Assembly (NCBI GenBank): GCA_964291675.2 | Contig: OZ219865.1 | Span: 128,001 to 192,000 of the forward strand | DNA: 64,000 bases | Reading direction: 5' to 3' | Origin: Alphaproteobacteria bacterium | Lineage (GTDB): Bacteria > Pseudomonadota > Alphaproteobacteria > MPNO01 | Part shown: positions 60,406 to 64,000 of the stretch, one piece after another | Layout: every line of letters begins with the position of its first letter | Numbering within the stretch: the stretch's first letter is position 1 | Notes under the pieces: model-generated | The model's input: only the letters and a program-made list of their open reading frames with translations | Told to the model about the DNA's origin: nothing | Databases searched by the model: none | Position numbers and translations under genes: made by a program

Positions 60406-61956
60406 ATGAACACCCCCGCTCAGAACTGTTTTTCGGGTCCTGTTACCGTCTTTCAGGAACGGCGTATTCCCGTGCCAGCGACACCAGCGGGATACGCTGC
60501 GCTGGTCGGGGCATACAATCTGCGAGTGCCGCTTCCCCGGAACCTCAGCGCCATTGGTGAACGGCACAGGTTCATCGAGCAAGACGGCTGGCGCATCTAT
60601 TCACCGCGCTACACGCCGGACGCAAGCCTGGAAGGTCATCTCACCTTCGCTCTCAAATATGAAGGGCTGGACCTGGCCGTCCTCAAGAGGCTGTTTGTCG
60701 CGACCGGCCCGTCCCCTTTGGCCGACCTGGTCAAGGCCCAGCCAACAGGCGCCTACGCCCGGCGCATCTGGTTCCTCTATGAGTGGCTGACCGGAGCGCA
60801 GCTCGATCTCCCGAACGCCAGCAGGGGGGTCTACCCGCTAGTCGTCGATCCGAACCAGCAATATGCCGTCCCCGCGGAAACGTCCCCGCGGCACCGGGTC
60901 AAGAACAATCTGCCCGGCACGCCGGCTTTTTGTCCTTTGGTGTTCCGCACCGAAGCACTGGAGGGTTTCATCGCCACAGACCTGCAAGCACGCGCGCAGC
61001 AGGCCATTGCCGCCGTGCCGCGTGATCTGCTCGCGCGCACGGCTGCCTTTCTGCTTCTCAAGGACTCGAAGTCGAGCTTCGCCATTGAGGGCGAGCATCC
61101 TCCGCAGGACCGCATCCAGCGTTGGGCCCGCGCCATTGGCCAGGCCGGGCAGCAATCGATTGATCATGACGAACTCCTGCGTTTGCAACGCATCGTGATC
61201 GGAGACGACCGTTTCGTTCATCTCGGTCTCCGGGCCGAAGGCGGCTTTGTCGGTCAACACGACCGCGAATCGCGTATGCCGATCCCCGACCACATCAGCG
61301 CCCGATCGGATGATCTGCCGCAGCTGGTGGAAGGATTGGTCGCTTTCGACCGAGAATCCGCCCAACAGCTCGATCCGGTAGTTGCTGCATCGGTTCTGGC
61401 CTTCGGATTTGTCTACATCCATCCCTTTGACGACGGGAACGGCCGGCTGCACCGTTACCTGATTCACCACGTCCTGGCCCAGCGCGGTTTCAACCCGCCG
61501 GGACTCGCATTTCCGGTATCGGCGGCGATTCTGGACCGGATCGACGACTACCGTGCTGCGCTCGAAGATTACTCGCAACGCTTGCTGCCGTTCGTGCGGT
61601 GGGAACCGACGGAACACGGCAATGTTCGGGTGTTGAACGATACCGGCGACTATTACCGGTATTTCGATGCCACGCCGCAAACCGAGTTCCTGTTCAGCAG
61701 CGTGCAGCGGACTATCGAACTGGACTTGCCACAAGAAGCAGAATTTCTGAGGCGGTACGACGCGTTTCGGAACGACCTCAACCTGATCGTCGATATGCCA
61801 GATCGCCTGTCGGATCTACTCTTCCGATTCCTGCACCAAAATGCCGGTACGCTTTCTCGCCGCCGGCGGGAAAGGGAATTCGCTGCGCTGACAGACGACG
61901 AGGTCGCGCATATCGAAGCCATTTACCGGGAAGCATTCGCCGGCGACCAATGTTGA
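60406..61956 (+). CDS. Fic-domain protein
   Basis: HPFDDGNGRLHR motif; SSFAIEGE resembles the inhibitory helix. Confidence 0.92.
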   Translation: MNTPAQNCFSGPVTVFQERRIPVPATPAGYAALVGAYNLRVPLPRNLSAIGERHRFIEQDGWRIYSPRYTPDASLEGHLTFALKYEGLDLAVLKRLFVATGPSPLADLVKAQPTGAYARRIWFLYEWLTGAQLDLPNASRGVYPLVVDPNQQYAVPAETSPRHRVKNNLPGTPAFCPLVFRTEALEGFIATDLQARAQQAIAAVPRDLLARTAAFLLLKDSKSSFAIEGEHPPQDRIQRWARAIGQAGQQSIDHDELLRLQRIVIGDDRFVHLGLRAEGGFVGQHDRESRMPIPDHISARSDDLPQLVEGLVAFDRESAQQLDPVVAASVLAFGFVYIHPFDDGNGRLHRYLIHHVLAQRGFNPPGLAFPVSAAILDRIDDYRAALEDYSQRLLPFVRWEPTEHGNVRVLNDTGDYYRYFDATPQTEFLFSSVQRTIELDLPQEAEFLRRYDAFRNDLNLIVDMPDRLSDLLFRFLHQNAGTLSRRRREREFAALTDDEVAHIEAIYREAFAGDQC

Positions 61957-61998
61957 ACGCGAACAGAATCCAAATAACACCGGGATCGCCGTCAGGCG

Positions 61999-62619
61999 TT
62001 GCCTTCGTTCAATCCCTACCAAGCGCCCCGGAGTCTGCACGCCGTGTTAGATCATATCGTAGCAATCATTAACGATCTCGACGCAACCGATTGGATCGCA
62101 ATTGCCTCGATGCTGACGGCGGTCCTTGCCACGAGTGAAGCCTTCCGAAGCCGCCGCATCTCGTCCCGAATGTACGATATCGCCGTTCGTGAAAAACTCC
62201 GAACCGAAACACCTCTCGACGTCTATCTGGCGGACTCGCGCATCCTCCACGTCCCCAGGGAACAGCGCCGAGTCTATGTGTTCGAACTCTTGATCACGAA
62301 CAAGTCGGCGGCGCCCAATTCCATCAAGCAGTTATCGCTCTCCCTTGACTACGACCAACAGAATCGACCTGCATCGAATCTTGCGATTCAGCACGACCCA
62401 AAAGCTCTCGATACCTCTCCTACCGGCCAAGTGGGCAACGCTCTATCCGTACCCAGACTTATCGCTCCCGGCGAGGCCATCTCGGGAACCGCTCTCTTTC
62501 CCGTCGCCGATGTCATTTTGGAGCATGGGCCAGTCGAAATGTACACGGTACAGCTATTCGATGCTCACGACAGGGCTGCCGAATGCCAGGCAATCCTTCT
62601 GAAGGAAACCGAGTTGTGA
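61999..62619 (+). CDS. Hypothetical protein with N-terminal transmembrane segment (start uncertain)
   Basis: 206-aa ORF with hydrophobic WIAIASMLTAVLA; GTGA coupling to the next ORF. Confidence 0.55.
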   Translation: MPSFNPYQAPRSLHAVLDHIVAIINDLDATDWIAIASMLTAVLATSEAFRSRRISSRMYDIAVREKLRTETPLDVYLADSRILHVPREQRRVYVFELLITNKSAAPNSIKQLSLSLDYDQQNRPASNLAIQHDPKALDTSPTGQVGNALSVPRLIAPGEAISGTALFPVADVILEHGPVEMYTVQLFDAHDRAAECQAILLKETEL

Positions 62620-63275
62620 AACCAAAGCGCAATATCGTCAAGATCCCCCTCCGAGACGCCACCGAGGCCGATCCGGTTCCGATCGTCGCCGACGGAGCCA
62701 TGGCCACGGCTCTTTGGGGCGAGGGCCGCATGATCCCGGTCTTGATAATCGACACGTCGACCCGGCCAGACGTCGAGAACTTCATCACCTCGCAGTATTG
62801 GGCGGAAATCGTCGGAGATACCGAATCCAGCTGGTCTTTCAAGAAACGCCCGAGAAGCCTTCCACGGCCGATCTTGCTACTGAACTTCATCAAACCAAGC
62901 CAGTGTCTCTTGATGATCGAGTTCGACCTTCCCCGCCAAGGCGTGCTGGTCGATCAAATCCTCTGGTCTCACGGCGTCTACTTGCAGCCGGGCCGGCCAG
63001 GCGACCGGCTGGCTACCACTCTCAAGAACCCGAGGATCACCGTCGAGGTGCCACCCAACGAGATATTCCGTGGAGAGTTCGAGAATGTTTACAAGAAAGC
63101 CGTATTTCGCCACTTGCGTAGCGAGGGGATGTCTCGCGCCCATGCGAAGCAGGCGGTCAACGCTTACCTCCGAATACAACGAGATGTCTTTCATCAGCGT
63201 GTTCCCTTCCGCCGCCCAAGCGACGACGCCGTGTCGGAGTTTCCAGATGAGACCACCGACTCCCGTTCGTCATAG
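62616..63275 (+). CDS. Hypothetical protein
   Basis: Open frame with protein-like composition, coupled to the upstream stop. Confidence 0.55.
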   Translation: MKPKRNIVKIPLRDATEADPVPIVADGAMATALWGEGRMIPVLIIDTSTRPDVENFITSQYWAEIVGDTESSWSFKKRPRSLPRPILLLNFIKPSQCLLMIEFDLPRQGVLVDQILWSHGVYLQPGRPGDRLATTLKNPRITVEVPPNEIFRGEFENVYKKAVFRHLRSEGMSRAHAKQAVNAYLRIQRDVFHQRVPFRRPSDDAVSEFPDETTDSRSS

Positions 63276-63694
63276 AGATTAACCACGGCGCCGGGCTGCC
63301 GCGCCACCAATGCGACCGAAATCGCCTGATTCGCCTCCATCTTGTTGTGTTCCGGGAGTCTCTGACTTTCGACGTTCCGCGCTACCCGAAGGATGGTCCT
63401 GGAAGCGACAGCGACGATGAGGTCACCTCCATGGTGCCCACTCCCGATCGCACAGCCTCAAACGATCACTCTAGTTCGGGTAGGCGGCCCACGGCGGAGG
63501 GTTACGTCAAGCTGCCCGCCGTGGCAGCCTGAGCGTCCCGGCCCAACCCGCCGGTTACCGGGACCGACGCCAGGCTCTTACGCCCAGTGACAAGACACAA
63601 TCCACGCTCAGCGTGTAAGGGCAACGACACCCGATTCGCTATCATCACGACAGGCTGCGGCGGTACCGGTCGGAGCCGAGCGCCATTACGGCAT

Positions 63695-63857
63695 CTGTGG
63701 ATATGATGGACAAGCCGCTGCGCGCCTTGCCCACATTCCCACAGGCGCCACAGCAGCAACAGGAAGATCGATCCAAGGGGATTCTGGCGGCCTGAACTTC
63801 AACCGGAATACACCTTAGCTCGGCCGTCAGGCTGTCCGAAAAGGCGAGGCCACCTCA
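63695..63857 (+). mobile_element. IS3-like element right-end remnant
   Basis: gtggatatgatggacaagccgctgcgcgccttgcccacattcccacag, tail ...DRSKGILAA*, and terminal ctgtccgaaaaggcgaggccacctCA resembling IS3-family IRs. Confidence 0.5.
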
Positions 63858-64000
63858 GCAGATAGAGAGCCGGAGAGCGCTGTTTGGGCCTCAATTGACC
63901 TCTGCCAACTGGTCCACGTTTTATGATTCGGAGCTTGATCCGATGATGGGCCATGCCTTGCCCGATGCTATGTTTGGGTGGCGCGGCTCAGACAGGGGGA

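Overview
A high-GC, alphaproteobacterial-looking chromosomal window. The assignment to a Rhodospirillales-like lineage is inferred from gene style and repeat families, not demonstrated. Most genes are accessory catabolic or redox functions: two Rieske oxygenases, an HsaA-like and three LLM flavin monooxygenases, a UbiD decarboxylase, a Mo-hydroxylase large subunit, an AtzG/AtzE amidase with malonyl-CoA decarboxylase, two MetE-like proteins and GSTs. It also carries Fe, Zn and Liv-type transporters and several toxin-antitoxin modules. Intergenic DNA is dense with palindromic REP-like repeats of at least three families. Main highlights: (1) a non-autonomous element with ACTGCTGTCCGG terminal inverted repeats inserted in the centre of REP palindromes with an 11-bp target duplication and variable REP cargo; (2) an island with two intact tandem tyrosine integrases and a remnant of a third, whose left junction truncates a REP palindrome and whose cargo is a Fic gene plus unknown genes; (3) a coupled pair of STAND-like ATPases with a low-GC TPR block and an operator-like promoter; (4) a Zur-regulated Zn-uptake cluster with a His/Asp/Glu-repeat outer-membrane protein and no ATPase; (5) duplicated membrane-anchored coiled-coil genes with variable 7- and 11-residue repeats. 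Three single-base frameshifts (two in homopolymer runs) may be sequencing errors. No rRNA, tRNA or CRISPR array was recognised. All calls are by eye; no searches were run.
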